A stretch of DNA of 64,000 nucleotides from a virus (taxonomy: Duplodnaviria > Caudoviricetes): positions 31,274 to 95,273 of the IMG/VR virus record IMGVR_UViG_3300013308_000019; one strand, 5' to 3'. The position numbers and the translations under genes were made by a program. The notes under the pieces are model-generated. The model was not told the DNA's origin, did not search any database, and saw nothing but the letters and a program-made list of their open reading frames with translations. Position 1 is the first letter of the stretch. Each line of letters starts with the position of its first letter. This document shows, in pieces, positions 1 through 9,101 of the stretch.

Positions 1-271
1 GTAGCTACGCGGTGAGTGTGGGCACGGCTGTGGATGCCAAATCGATGGCGCGGAAGAAGCGTGACGAGATCGACCGGCTCAAGACCAACTTCGACCGCAC
101 CATGAGTCAGGAAGAGCGTGTCATGGACCGGCTGGTGGACCGGTACGGGAGCGAGATTTTCTATAACAACGACCTTGTCCGTCTGTCTTCCCAGAAGCAG
201 ATGCCGACATTTGACTACATCGCACTGACCAGTGTATGATGGACACAACAACGAACAAGAAAAGGAGTCAC

Positions 272-604
272 ATGACTAACCCAACTGGAATGAACAACCT
301 CACAGGACTTCTCGAAGGACTGGCGGATGCCGTCGAAATCGTGGTAGGATTCGCGGAGAGCAAGCTCTCGGAATTCGCTGAGGGCGCGGAGACCGACAAG
401 ACGGGCGTGGATGAACCGGGGGAACGGGTCGAGTATAAGCTCGTTGCAGAGCTTGGTCTGGCGGACGAACTGGTACTCCATGACGGTAGCTGGCAGGTGA
501 CCTCTGTGCAGGGTGACGGGTTCGACACTGACATCGTGTCGGTCACGCTGGCAAACGGCGAGAGCTACGACCTGTTGCGGACCTCTCTGGTGCGTGTAGC
601 ATGA
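272..604 (+). CDS. hypothetical protein
   Basis: ORF with AGGAG RBS before ATG 272; overlaps next start (ATGA). Confidence 0.7.
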   Translation: MTNPTGMNNLTGLLEGLADAVEIVVGFAESKLSEFAEGAETDKTGVDEPGERVEYKLVAELGLADELVLHDGSWQVTSVQGDGFDTDIVSVTLANGESYDLLRTSLVRVA

Positions 605-1089
605 GCGACCGGAAGTATGACGGCGGCGACCGGATCATTGTCTCACAGACCCCGGTAGACGACACAGACAAGGCGTACTCCGGAATGGCAGGCACCGTGA
701 ATGCCCTGACCCATCGGAACGACGATCTGGATGTCTACCGAGTGACACTGGACGACGACGAGTACCCGCACAGTTTCTACGGCGTGGACCTGCTTCCGTA
801 CAACGAACTGGATGCACTCCGGGCAGAGCTTGCACAGGCGGAGGCCAAGGTGCTAGACTTGAAGGAAGCGATCAAGCTGAGGGAACGGAACGCCACAGAG
901 CTTCCCGTTGCCACCGTGGTGTCCTACAAGGATGTTTTTGGCCCTGCGGCCATGACCAAGCAGGCAGAGGATAGCTGGCTGAATGTCTTCCCGACGCAGT
1001 TGGGCAACATGAACACGGAGCGCCTGAATGACTACAGGGTCACCCAGTTGCTCGTCAACACTGAGAGTGCTGTAGTCCGGAAGCCCTAG
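601..1089 (+). CDS. hypothetical protein, SH3/KOW-like N-domain + coiled coil
   Basis: YDGGDRI start motif, central coiled coil; coupled to upstream gene. Confidence 0.7.
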   Translation: MSDRKYDGGDRIIVSQTPVDDTDKAYSGMAGTVNALTHRNDDLDVYRVTLDDDEYPHSFYGVDLLPYNELDALRAELAQAEAKVLDLKEAIKLRERNATELPVATVVSYKDVFGPAAMTKQAEDSWLNVFPTQLGNMNTERLNDYRVTQLLVNTESAVVRKP

Positions 1090-1298
1090 ACAAAACCACC
1101 GGGAGGTGGTAGACTAGAGGTATAGACGAAGGGAGGAATCATGTAGATGAACTGGAACCGCTGAAAGTACTGCACGGCGCAGGAGCGGGGTAATACAACT
1201 TATGATAGATTTACCTTTGATAAACCGCTTGACGGATGAGGACCCTAGGCTAGTGGAATCCATGGCCTAAGGGTCCTCTCCCATTTGGAAGGATAGAG

Positions 1299-1586
1299 AT
1301 GAAGAGAAACACCATTTCGATGTTGCTGGCTATACTGCTGGTTATACCTCTCGCCCCGGTAGTGTACGCTCTACTGGGTGGAGGACTGGCAGGAAGCGTG
1401 GCGTGTATCCTACTGGGTGTAGTGACTGCCGCATCCACGACTGTAGCAGTCAACTCGGTGGTGTCGTTGTACAACTGGATCAAGTACCGTAACGTACACG
1501 TAGAGTCACCGAAGCCCCTGTCCGTACCCCAACACACGGCTTACGAGTTGGACTGGACAAAGATCACCAAAGGTGATAATATGTAG
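1299..1586 (+). CDS. small membrane protein (2 TM)
   Basis: two hydrophobic segments; GAAGGA RBS. Confidence 0.7.
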   Translation: MKRNTISMLLAILLVIPLAPVVYALLGGGLAGSVACILLGVVTAASTTVAVNSVVSLYNWIKYRNVHVESPKPLSVPQHTAYELDWTKITKGDNM

Positions 1587-1588
1587 CC

Positions 1589-1876
1589 ATGGAAACAGTA
1601 GATACGTACACCGAGGAACCCGAAGACTTTCTCCACCTACAGGAGCCGACAGAGTTCGTGGCGGATGACACAGCAAGCATGATGGTGTCCGATGGCATGG
1701 TCACTTTCATCAACCGTCAGACCGGAGACTCTGTATCCCTCTCAGAGTGGGACTTCTCGAATCTTGACTTGGCATACATCTGTGCTAGACTTGAGGAAAA
1801 GAATCCGAGACTCAAGGAGTCCCGCCTTGAGCGCGAGGCCTACGAGGCAGAACAGGAGCAGGACAATGATGAGTGA
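1589..1876 (+). CDS. acidic hypothetical protein
   Basis: ORF track; tight packing with neighbours. Confidence 0.65.
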   Translation: METVDTYTEEPEDFLHLQEPTEFVADDTASMMVSDGMVTFINRQTGDSVSLSEWDFSNLDLAYICARLEEKNPRLKESRLEREAYEAEQEQDNDE

Positions 1877-2066
1877 AATGCGTAAGCACGAACTGGAACA
1901 GATCGCAGAGAACGAGATTCGGTACCGGGGATTCAACTCAGGTGCCGAGTACCTCAAGAAGACCTACGCCATTTACGACCTGACTGACGGAGAAGCGTTG
2001 GCTGTCGGCTTCCTCATCCGGAATGCTGTCATCGAGTTCCCGCCATTCCCTCATCACCTGCTTTGA
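1866..2066 (+). CDS. hypothetical protein
   Basis: start revised to ATG 1866/1869 after AGGA. Confidence 0.6.
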   Translation: MMSEMRKHELEQIAENEIRYRGFNSGAEYLKKTYAIYDLTDGEALAVGFLIRNAVIEFPPFPHHLL

Positions 2067-2097
2067 CATTCACCCGAAAGGAAAGTAAGCTATAACT

Positions 2098-2325
2098 ATG
2101 ACCACCACAGAAGAAGAAACACTGGAGACTGGCACTCTGGGATTCAAGACCGGCGACTACGTGGAGTCCTTCTACAACGGCTCACGGTACACCGGAGTGC
2201 TGGGAGAGATCAACACCCAGTGGATGTTCGCACAGGTCCGTATGTCTCCGGAGGTTGACATGATCCTCCCGCTGAGTACCATGACCGTCATCCGGGAAGA
2301 GGACTTCGATGAACTGGACGGCTAG
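2098..2325 (+). CDS. SH3/KOW-like small protein
   Basis: FKTGDYV motif; promoter-like TTGACA..TAAGCT just upstream. Confidence 0.65.
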   Translation: MTTTEEETLETGTLGFKTGDYVESFYNGSRYTGVLGEINTQWMFAQVRMSPEVDMILPLSTMTVIREEDFDELDG

Positions 2326-2711
2326 CGAAAAGAAATATGCCGATGAGGTAGCATGGGACATGGACCTCATGGAGCGGGCACGTAAGCTCGTGGACATGGA
2401 CGACACGTCCTACAGCACCCAGACGGTACTGGAGACCGTGCACGAGAACTATCAGGGTGGCATCGTCCAGTTCTACTTGCAGAACAGTTTCTGATGCGGT
2501 ACATCGTGAAGGCGAGGCTGGTAGTCGTACAGCCGTTCAAAGAGATACCGGTGGTAGCCGCAGTGCACAGGTTCAGACTCCCGGCGATTCTGAACGCCCG
2601 AGCCATGAACAAGATGAGCAAGGATTACAACATCCAGTGGTACGCACTTGACACGAAGACCGGCAAGGCGTATGTTTAAGTAACAAGCCAAGCAACAGGG
2701 AAAGGGACATC

Positions 2712-3110
2712 ATGTTCTCAGCAGGAGAAGTAGTAAAGAACAAGATCAACAGCAAGCTCGCCACCGTCACCGAAGTACTGGAAGACGGCAAGATCAGGGT
2801 CCGCTTCGATGGGGACACTGGTACGGTCGAACTCCACGAGTCCCGGTTCCAAGCACACACGGGTCCGAACTTCGAGAAGCCGTTCGACTACGTGGACCCG
2901 CAGACCTTCAAGAAGGGTGACTACATCCGGGTCAGGCACGCCGAGCAGGTATTTCAGGGTGCGGCTTTGTCTGACATCGCGACGTTCGGGTACGCCACCT
3001 TCGAGATGCTGACCGAGGACGGACAGTATCTTGAGTTCAATGCCAACTACGTCGATATCGTCGTCCTGTTTCGGGCGGATATCGCACGAGGACAGATGCC
3101 CAAGTACTGA
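2712..3110 (+). CDS. two-domain SH3/KOW-like protein
   Basis: FSAGEVV and FKKGDYI repeats; AAGGGA RBS. Confidence 0.7.
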   Translation: MFSAGEVVKNKINSKLATVTEVLEDGKIRVRFDGDTGTVELHESRFQAHTGPNFEKPFDYVDPQTFKKGDYIRVRHAEQVFQGAALSDIATFGYATFEMLTEDGQYLEFNANYVDIVVLFRADIARGQMPKY

Positions 3111-3121
3111 GAGGAAAGTCA

Positions 3122-3373
3122 ATGGCACAGGCACACATCACGAAAGTAAGTTCTTGGAACGACGAAGATAAGCCCGTACCTTGGGCCACCAAAGTGGTGA
3201 CAGGCCATTACAGCAATACAGGGGAACCTATCTTCCACTGGGAGGTCGAGGTAAACAGCCTTGAAGACCTAGCCCGGATTTCCGCCGCCAATGATAATGT
3301 TAGGCTGATCCTTAACTTTGGCGCTGACGGTTCAGTCTTCAATATCAGCATCTACGACGATTACGTGGAGTAG
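3122..3373 (+). CDS. hypothetical protein
   Basis: GAGG RBS, ORF track. Confidence 0.65.
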   Translation: MAQAHITKVSSWNDEDKPVPWATKVVTGHYSNTGEPIFHWEVEVNSLEDLARISAANDNVRLILNFGADGSVFNISIYDDYVE

Positions 3374-3412
3374 TGTGCATGGTATCATGGTAGGAGCCTA
3401 CTAAGGAGAACC

Positions 3413-4081
3413 ATGGTACGACACCGCGCAAACGTACGAGACCGAGTTAGAACATGGTGGGACGAGAGGTCTGTCCACCCTCTAGTTCTTCCGATTGTGT
3501 GGGTGGTATTGTCAGTCCTGTTGTTGATAGGGCTGGCAATTACCATTCCGCCGATCATCCACGATATCATCACACCCAAGGAAACAGAGCAGACTACTCA
3601 GCAACCGACGCCCACGCCGAAGCAGAGTCCTCCGCCTGTATCGCAGTCACCTACTGCACAGCCACGTCCTAAGGCCACACAAGAGCCTGTGCCGACTCAG
3701 GCACCACAACCGGTAGCACCGGAGCCTCAGAACGTTCCACAGCCTGTAGCTCCACAGCCGGTGCCTGTACAGCCAGCACAGCCCGTCCAACCACAACCGG
3801 TACCGGTAGCTCCACAGCCGGTGCAACCTGTACCGCAGGTACCACAGCCACCGCAGGCACCGAGACCACCACAGCTACCGCCTGTGTTACAGGTACCACA
3901 GCCACTGCCGTTGCCGTTGCCAAGTCTCCCGGAGGTTCTAGAGCCTGTTGTACCGCCCATCCTAGGTCCGGTACTGAACAAGCCACTGGACACGATAGAC
4001 AAGACCGTGAGAGGTACGCTGGGCACAGTTGATAAGACTGTGGACGGGGCCACCGGAATCGTCGGAGGATTGCTCCCATAG
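3413..4081 (+). CDS. Pro/Gln-rich membrane-anchored protein
   Basis: single N-terminal TM, then PQPV-type repeats; AAGGAG RBS. Confidence 0.75.
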   Translation: MVRHRANVRDRVRTWWDERSVHPLVLPIVWVVLSVLLLIGLAITIPPIIHDIITPKETEQTTQQPTPTPKQSPPPVSQSPTAQPRPKATQEPVPTQAPQPVAPEPQNVPQPVAPQPVPVQPAQPVQPQPVPVAPQPVQPVPQVPQPPQAPRPPQLPPVLQVPQPLPLPLPSLPEVLEPVVPPILGPVLNKPLDTIDKTVRGTLGTVDKTVDGATGIVGGLLP

Positions 4082-4137
4082 TTACAAGAAACGCTTAGAG
4101 GCATCAACTTGCACAGTTGGTGCCTCTTTGCTATTCT
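4079..4137 (+). promoter_or_regulatory. box + hairpin + sigma-A promoter (leaderless HNH gene)
   Basis: box 4082-4094; TTGCAC 4109-4114 in loop of AGAGGCATCAAC/GTTGGTGCCTCT; 17 bp; TATTCT 4132-4137; ATG at 4144. Confidence 0.8.
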
Positions 4138-4143
4138 GAATGC

Positions 4144-4680
4144 ATGAGAACGAAATGCGTACTTTGTAACTGCCGGATCAAAGACCGTGCCAACGCGGAC
4201 CAGAAGACATGCTCTGCTGAATGCCGAGGTACGTACAAGTGGAAGACGCGTACGATGACCAAGCACCACGACCGGAGTACCTCCGGTCAGCGCCCCAGCT
4301 TCAAGCCTGAGGACTGGATCGACATCCTCAACAGGCATGGCAGGCGTTGTGCGTACTGCGGAACCAAGAAGGGGAAGATGACCATGGACCACGTCCTACC
4401 GCTCTCACGTGGCGGACGACACTGTGTCTCCAACGTTGTCCCCGCTTGCGGCCAGTGCAACAAGACGAAGGCCGACATGACTCTCATGGAGTGGAAGCGG
4501 AAGAAGCTCTACGACATGCGTCCGTGGACGATGACTGTCAACGGAATCAAGATGAAGCGGCCCAAGGAAGGCAAGCTGTCGAGGACTCCCATCTTCCAGC
4601 AGATGATGCAGGAGATGGCTGACAGGGCGCTTCTGGAGAAGTACCCGCCTACAGTTGACTACATCGACATTCTAGTGTAG
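4144..4680 (+). CDS. HNH endonuclease
   Basis: CAYCG..TMDHVLPLSRGG..NVVPACGQCNKTK; N-terminal CxxC..CSxxC. Confidence 0.9.
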   Translation: MRTKCVLCNCRIKDRANADQKTCSAECRGTYKWKTRTMTKHHDRSTSGQRPSFKPEDWIDILNRHGRRCAYCGTKKGKMTMDHVLPLSRGGRHCVSNVVPACGQCNKTKADMTLMEWKRKKLYDMRPWTMTVNGIKMKRPKEGKLSRTPIFQQMMQEMADRALLEKYPPTVDYIDILV

Positions 4681-4689
4681 GATGGGAGT

Positions 4690-4899
4690 ATGAATAAGAC
4701 AATCAAAACACTGGCAGTAGCAGGCGCACTCATTGGGACACTGGCCCTTACAGGCTGTGGCAGTAACAGGGAGGGAGTCAACGATAAGGGTTGGTCCAGC
4801 CAGAACATCGGCACCCCCAACGGAACCGTAACTTGCGTACTGTTTGACGGATACGACGGAGACACGATCTCCTGTGACTGGGAAGGACTACGTAAATAA
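4690..4899 (+). CDS. putative lipoprotein
   Basis: signal peptide with lipobox LTGC. Confidence 0.75.
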   Translation: MNKTIKTLAVAGALIGTLALTGCGSNREGVNDKGWSSQNIGTPNGTVTCVLFDGYDGDTISCDWEGLRK

Positions 4900-5154
4900 T
4901 GTTCGGGCGCAAGCAAGGTAGGGGGTATTACACACCCCCGCCACAGGAGGCACCACAGCAACGTATGCGGGCCTCATTCGGTGGAGAGAGGGGAGAGTAT
5001 GTTATAGCCCGTAGGATTGAGCGTCCGGACCCGCTTCCTGCGGCGCTGGAAGCAATCCTCAACGCCGTACGCACAGCACAGGAACTAGGAGCAACCCCAC
5101 AGGAGTTGGACTCCGTTATTCGTCAAGCAGTCGCAGAACAGGGAGGATATAACA

Positions 5155-5382
5155 ATGGCGGACTACTACCCCAAGAGCCGAACGGATCACATCGCCAAGG
5201 TGATGAAGCTGGACCCCATCAAGGAGGAAATGGCCTCTAAGATTTATGCGGAGCGGTACTCGGACTGCTTCTGTCGAGAGGACCACGACATCAATCCGCC
5301 ATGCGGGTCCGTGAAGTGGGCGCGAGAAAAGGTGGATGAAATCTTGGCAATCGCAAAGAAGAATGGTATGCTGAAGCCATGA
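5155..5382 (+). CDS. hypothetical protein
   Basis: GGAGG RBS; coupled to next gene. Confidence 0.65.
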   Translation: MADYYPKSRTDHIAKVMKLDPIKEEMASKIYAERYSDCFCREDHDINPPCGSVKWAREKVDEILAIAKKNGMLKP

Positions 5383-5702
5383 AGATCATGCGGGTCAACT
5401 ACGACAAGCCCCACCGCTGTCCTACATGGTCAGGTCCCGGATGGAGCGGAGGTAAGGGCGAGTGTGCAGGCGGTAGCTTCGCACGCGTATTCCACGAAGA
5501 GGAATACCACCAGAGGAAGAGACCCGAGTGGCGGTTCCATACCTGTGAGTCATGCGGTGTTGTGGTTCTTCCCGAGGTCTTGAAGAATCTGGACCCCACG
5601 TGGTGGACACACCGTATCAGAGTCAGGGTCAGAAACATCCAGTACCGGTGGGCTGACTGGAAGTACTGGCGGGAACTTGACAAACAGGAAAAGAACAACT
5701 AG
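5379..5702 (+). CDS. Cys/His/Trp-rich putative zinc-binding protein
   Basis: HRC..HTCESC, Trp-rich basic tail. Confidence 0.65.
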   Translation: MKIMRVNYDKPHRCPTWSGPGWSGGKGECAGGSFARVFHEEEYHQRKRPEWRFHTCESCGVVVLPEVLKNLDPTWWTHRIRVRVRNIQYRWADWKYWRELDKQEKNN

Positions 5703-5711
5703 GATAGGAAC

Positions 5712-6098
5712 ATGATGAAGAAACTTATTATTGCAGGCGTTATCGCCTTGGGTGCCGTGTCGCTGACCGGCTGTCAGAACCTCGTCAAGAACGATCCGGC
5801 TGTGTGTACGGTGGTGGACAAGGACCGATCAACCGAATCAACGAAGGACGGTTCCAAGTCTGTCTTCCGTGTCTACACCGAGGGTTGCGGCGACGATAAC
5901 GAAACGCTGGGCCTCGCGGACAACATCTTGCAGGGCAACTTGCGTTCGTCGGACATGTACGCTAAGATCAAGGTAGGCGAGACCTACCGGTTCGAAACCG
6001 TAGGTATCCGCAACGGGGCCTTCTCGTCCTTCCGTGAGATCGTACGGTTCACCAAGGTGCAGGCACCAGCGCCGGGAGTCACGGAGCCTGCCAAGTGA
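5712..6098 (+). CDS. putative lipoprotein
   Basis: lipobox LTGC after hydrophobic signal. Confidence 0.75.
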   Translation: MMKKLIIAGVIALGAVSLTGCQNLVKNDPAVCTVVDKDRSTESTKDGSKSVFRVYTEGCGDDNETLGLADNILQGNLRSSDMYAKIKVGETYRFETVGIRNGAFSSFREIVRFTKVQAPAPGVTEPAK

Positions 6099-6319
6099 CC
6101 AAGCTCCAGAAGATCATCGGCCTTGCGGCGGCGTTCATCCTCATGGTAGGGTTAAGCGCCTGTTCGGAAAACGGGACAGTGTACAACGCGGACAAGACGT
6201 ACGAGTTTACAATGACCATGAACGATGGTACGGTTGTACCATGCATCAAGCACAAGGACTTCTACGGGTTCGCCTGCAACTTCGACAAGGCAGTACGGCC
6301 CAACACACCCAAGCCGTGA
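6095..6319 (+). CDS. putative lipoprotein
   Basis: lipobox LSAC. Confidence 0.7.
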   Translation: MTKLQKIIGLAAAFILMVGLSACSENGTVYNADKTYEFTMTMNDGTVVPCIKHKDFYGFACNFDKAVRPNTPKP

Positions 6320-6507
6320 GCGAGGTCACCGAACCGGTCTTTGAGAAAGGGGACCGGGTCAAGATAGACACACCGAAGGAAACCTGCCACGGCAGGGTCG
6401 GCAAGGTGAGCCACTACACCGAGTCAGGAAAGCTGGTCTACGTGGAGACACCGACCGGACTGGTATGGGTGTATCCATGGGAGATATCCCACCACAAAGA
6501 ACGTTAG
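6316..6507 (+). CDS. SH3/KOW-like small protein
   Basis: GTG start overlapping upstream stop; FEKGDRV motif. Confidence 0.65.
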   Translation: MSEVTEPVFEKGDRVKIDTPKETCHGRVGKVSHYTESGKLVYVETPTGLVWVYPWEISHHKER

Positions 6508-6542
6508 TTACAAAAACCGCACAACAAGAAGGAGAATAGACA

Positions 6543-6680
6543 ATGGCACGATTCAATGGTAAGCAGTACAAGGGTGCACAGAAGGCACTCAAGGAAATCC
6601 GTCGCGAAGAGGCGGAGAAGCGCAACGCCGAGACCCTGCCCGAGAACCGGCGTCAGGCTCGTCTTACAAAAGACGCTTAG
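6543..6680 (+). CDS. small basic protein (45 aa)
   Basis: AAGGAG RBS; MARFNGKQYKG..LTKDA*; not in ORF track. Confidence 0.65.
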   Translation: MARFNGKQYKGAQKALKEIRREEAEKRNAETLPENRRQARLTKDA

Positions 6681-6853
6681 TGGAGACACTGGCGGGGATG
6701 GTGTTGGTCCTAGCTGGACTGTTCATGCTGTTCCTAACAGTAGGCATAGTGGTTAGCGGGACACCGATGCTACTGGTCATCGTCCCACTAGCACTGTCCG
6801 CAGTGTTTTTCAAAATGGCGTACGATCTTCTGACCGACCCGCAAGGTCTGTAA
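6680..6853 (+). CDS. small 2-TM membrane protein
   Basis: GTG start overlapping upstream TAG; hydrophobic; not in ORF track. Confidence 0.55.
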   Translation: METLAGMVLVLAGLFMLFLTVGIVVSGTPMLLVIVPLALSAVFFKMAYDLLTDPQGL

Positions 6854-6907
6854 TACAAAAAGCGCATAGGCTCCCTGTTTGACAGCAGGGGGCCTTTTGT
6901 GTAAGCT
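6853..6907 (+). promoter_or_regulatory. box + terminator-like hairpin + promoter
   Basis: TTGACA 6879-6884 in hairpin loop followed by TTTT; 17 bp; TAAGCT 6902-6907. Confidence 0.85.
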
Positions 6908-6949
6908 AGAGGTACAAGGTCAAACGAACCGAAAGGGAAAGCTAAGGGT

Positions 6950-7237
6950 ATGAAAGCAGACGGAACACCAGAGACAGAGTTCGAAGAGGCCATGCCGCTG
7001 TTCGCCAGCATCCTCACGGCGAATGCCCGAGACCTCCAGTGGACAAACGACCAACTGCTGGCGATCAAAGAGGAACAGCTTCGCCAGATGCAGAAGGACT
7101 ACGTGAAGCTGTACGCGGCTCTCCACAAGGTGGCAGAGCGTACCGACTCCGCTACTGCGTACGACGCACTGGACAGGTTCTGGCACGTGAACGAAGATGC
7201 CAAGAAAGAACTTGCCAAACCGCACGAGTCGTACTAG
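6950..7237 (+). CDS. hypothetical coiled-coil protein
   Basis: ORF downstream of promoter. Confidence 0.65.
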   Translation: MKADGTPETEFEEAMPLFASILTANARDLQWTNDQLLAIKEEQLRQMQKDYVKLYAALHKVAERTDSATAYDALDRFWHVNEDAKKELAKPHESY

Positions 7238-7269
7238 ACTGGTATCACACCAAGCGAAAGGAAAAGAAC

Positions 7270-7659
7270 ATGTGGAAAGATCATCTTAAGTTCAGCGTTG
7301 GACAGACCGTCCAGATTGTCCGGGACAACAAGGTCTGGAACGGAACGGTGGCAAAGATCGAGTCGTTGTCCAATGACCCGGAGTTCCCCTACGTCCTGTT
7401 GGTCAAGTCCTCGGGCCGTCCCAACGCCGTAGGTAATACGTATCAGTGGGACGAAGCATCGCTCGACCTCTTCGATGGGAAGCGCGAGAAGCTGGAGCGG
7501 GTCATCGAGGCCAACTTCCCGCGACGGTTGGATGTGTACTACTCCAACCTCTCCGGTGGTGCGGTGGTGCTGGGAGACAACGGGAAGCTCTACCGTGTTC
7601 TTGAATCCGGTGACATCGAGTCCGAGTCTGATCCCAAACCTTACGGGCGCAGGAAGTAG
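7270..7659 (+). CDS. two-domain hypothetical protein (SH3-like + FPxRLD domain)
   Basis: start revised to ATG 7270; C-domain similar to C-domain of 20435-20905. Confidence 0.7.
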   Translation: MWKDHLKFSVGQTVQIVRDNKVWNGTVAKIESLSNDPEFPYVLLVKSSGRPNAVGNTYQWDEASLDLFDGKREKLERVIEANFPRRLDVYYSNLSGGAVVLGDNGKLYRVLESGDIESESDPKPYGRRK

Positions 7660-7714
7660 TTACAAAAAACGCAAGGGCCATCCGGTTGACATCGGGTGGC
7701 TTTTTGTGTATGCT
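7660..7714 (+). promoter_or_regulatory. box + terminator-like hairpin + promoter
   Basis: GCCATCCGG-TTGACA-TCGGGTGGC-TTTTT; TATGCT 7709-7714; leaderless ATG 7721. Confidence 0.85.
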
Positions 7715-7720
7715 AGAGGT

Positions 7721-7969
7721 ATGAAGAAGATGCAGAAGGTACTACTGTCCGTTGCTTCCCTTGTCGTGGCTTCGTCACTTACCGCGTGTTTCGGGGGGAG
7801 TACCGCGACAACTCCCGAACCTCCCAAGTACCCTGACTACAGAGAGATACAGTTGGGTGATGATATGTGGGAGGTCCGGTTCACCGACTCCGAGGGTGTC
7901 AAGATGCGTTGCTTCGTCTACGTCGGTTATCAAAAAGGCGGACTTGACGGATGCGAAAAGGTGGGCTAA
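7721..7969 (+). CDS. putative lipoprotein
   Basis: lipobox LTAC; leaderless start. Confidence 0.75.
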   Translation: MKKMQKVLLSVASLVVASSLTACFGGSTATTPEPPKYPDYREIQLGDDMWEVRFTDSEGVKMRCFVYVGYQKGGLDGCEKVG

Positions 7970-7978
7970 GGTAGAGAC

Positions 7979-8356
7979 ATGAAAACATACGAAGTAGGCG
8001 ACAAGGTTTGGTTCCGGAACAAGGCGTGCGAGATTCTCGATCCCGCAACACTGAGCACCCCACGAGAGCTTCGGCCCTACGAGGTGTTCATCAGCTACGA
8101 GGATCAGCGGTTTACCGTGGACTCCCGGTATCTCTTCCCGTTCAAGCGTGCCGAGGATTACGTACTGGGTTCCATCCTCGCGTACCACGCAGATGATCCG
8201 GTGTACGGAAAGCTTCTGGTCAAGACGAGCAAAGGCTACTGGCACGTTGCTCGTGCCGACCGTGGCAACATGGGCGACTGGTCCGATGGTGAAGTGAACA
8301 TGGGACTCCGTCCCGGTGGATCGATCACCGTGGTACTTGACAACGACGAGAACTAG
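7979..8356 (+). CDS. two-domain SH3-like protein
   Basis: YEVGDKV motif; C-domain resembles 8371-8589. Confidence 0.7.
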   Translation: MKTYEVGDKVWFRNKACEILDPATLSTPRELRPYEVFISYEDQRFTVDSRYLFPFKRAEDYVLGSILAYHADDPVYGKLLVKTSKGYWHVARADRGNMGDWSDGEVNMGLRPGGSITVVLDNDEN

Positions 8357-8370
8357 GGTAAGGTGGAGAT

Positions 8371-8589
8371 ATGAAGAAGCCAAGCAGATACCGTGTCGGA
8401 TCAGTGTTCATCTACAAGCCCGATCACCCGCACTTCAAGGCGACCCTTGTCAAGGTAGGTCCTGATAAGTGGATGCGGGTTAACCACAACAGCCACGTTC
8501 GCCAGTACTTCACCAACAGCACAGTGGAGGCCCTGTTCTTCCCCAGCCTGTTGACTCTGGTACATGACTCTGGTAAGGTGGAGTCATGA
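8371..8589 (+). CDS. hypothetical protein
   Basis: GGAG RBS; YRVGSV motif. Confidence 0.65.
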   Translation: MKKPSRYRVGSVFIYKPDHPHFKATLVKVGPDKWMRVNHNSHVRQYFTNSTVEALFFPSLLTLVHDSGKVES

Positions 8590-8996
8590 ACACATTTAAT
8601 GAGGGCGATAAGGTAATCTACACCGACGAGAATGGGAACGATTGGGATGCGCAGTTCAAGCGTACCGAAGTGATCGATGACAAGGACGTGGTGGTCATTT
8701 CCATGAACGGAGGGTGGCCGATCTACGTACACGCCGAGCAGGTCCGGGCCACGAACCGGACCAAGAAGATCATTGCAAATGACATTGTCCGCAAGCTCAA
8801 GAAGATTGACAGCCTGCGGACGGAACTCGACCACTTGTACTCCGACCTTCACGAACTGTTGGAGGAAGATGGGCAACCACAGTGGGAGACCAAGCTGGTC
8901 GAGGTCATGCAGACCGTCCATCGGAACATCCTCCGGCTCGAAACCACGAACATGTTGACCGAGTGGGAAGGGTACCGGGACAACCGTCCGGAGTAG
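8586..8996 (+). CDS. SH3-like + helical domain protein
   Basis: FNEGDKV motif. Confidence 0.7.
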   Translation: MNTFNEGDKVIYTDENGNDWDAQFKRTEVIDDKDVVVISMNGGWPIYVHAEQVRATNRTKKIIANDIVRKLKKIDSLRTELDHLYSDLHELLEEDGQPQWETKLVEVMQTVHRNILRLETTNMLTEWEGYRDNRPE

Positions 8997-9101
8997 TTGA
9001 CAGGGCGGTGGTTTGTGTATATTGACCTAGTACCAAGTATTGCCGGTGGTATAATGGTTTTAGACCATGTCCCAGATAGTAGAGTACTTGGAAGTAGTAA
9101 T

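Noticed and set aside
4899-5240. 113-aa ORF as a full-length gene
   Set aside because: The 5' part is probably coding, but it overlaps 5155-5382 by 86 bp with a low-information tail; boundaries too uncertain to list as a feature.
7660-7705. A-AAA-AAC followed by a stem-loop as a -1 frameshift signal
   Set aside because: It lies after stop codons, and common variants (AAGAAAC, AAAACAC, AAAAGAC) destroy the slippery heptamer.
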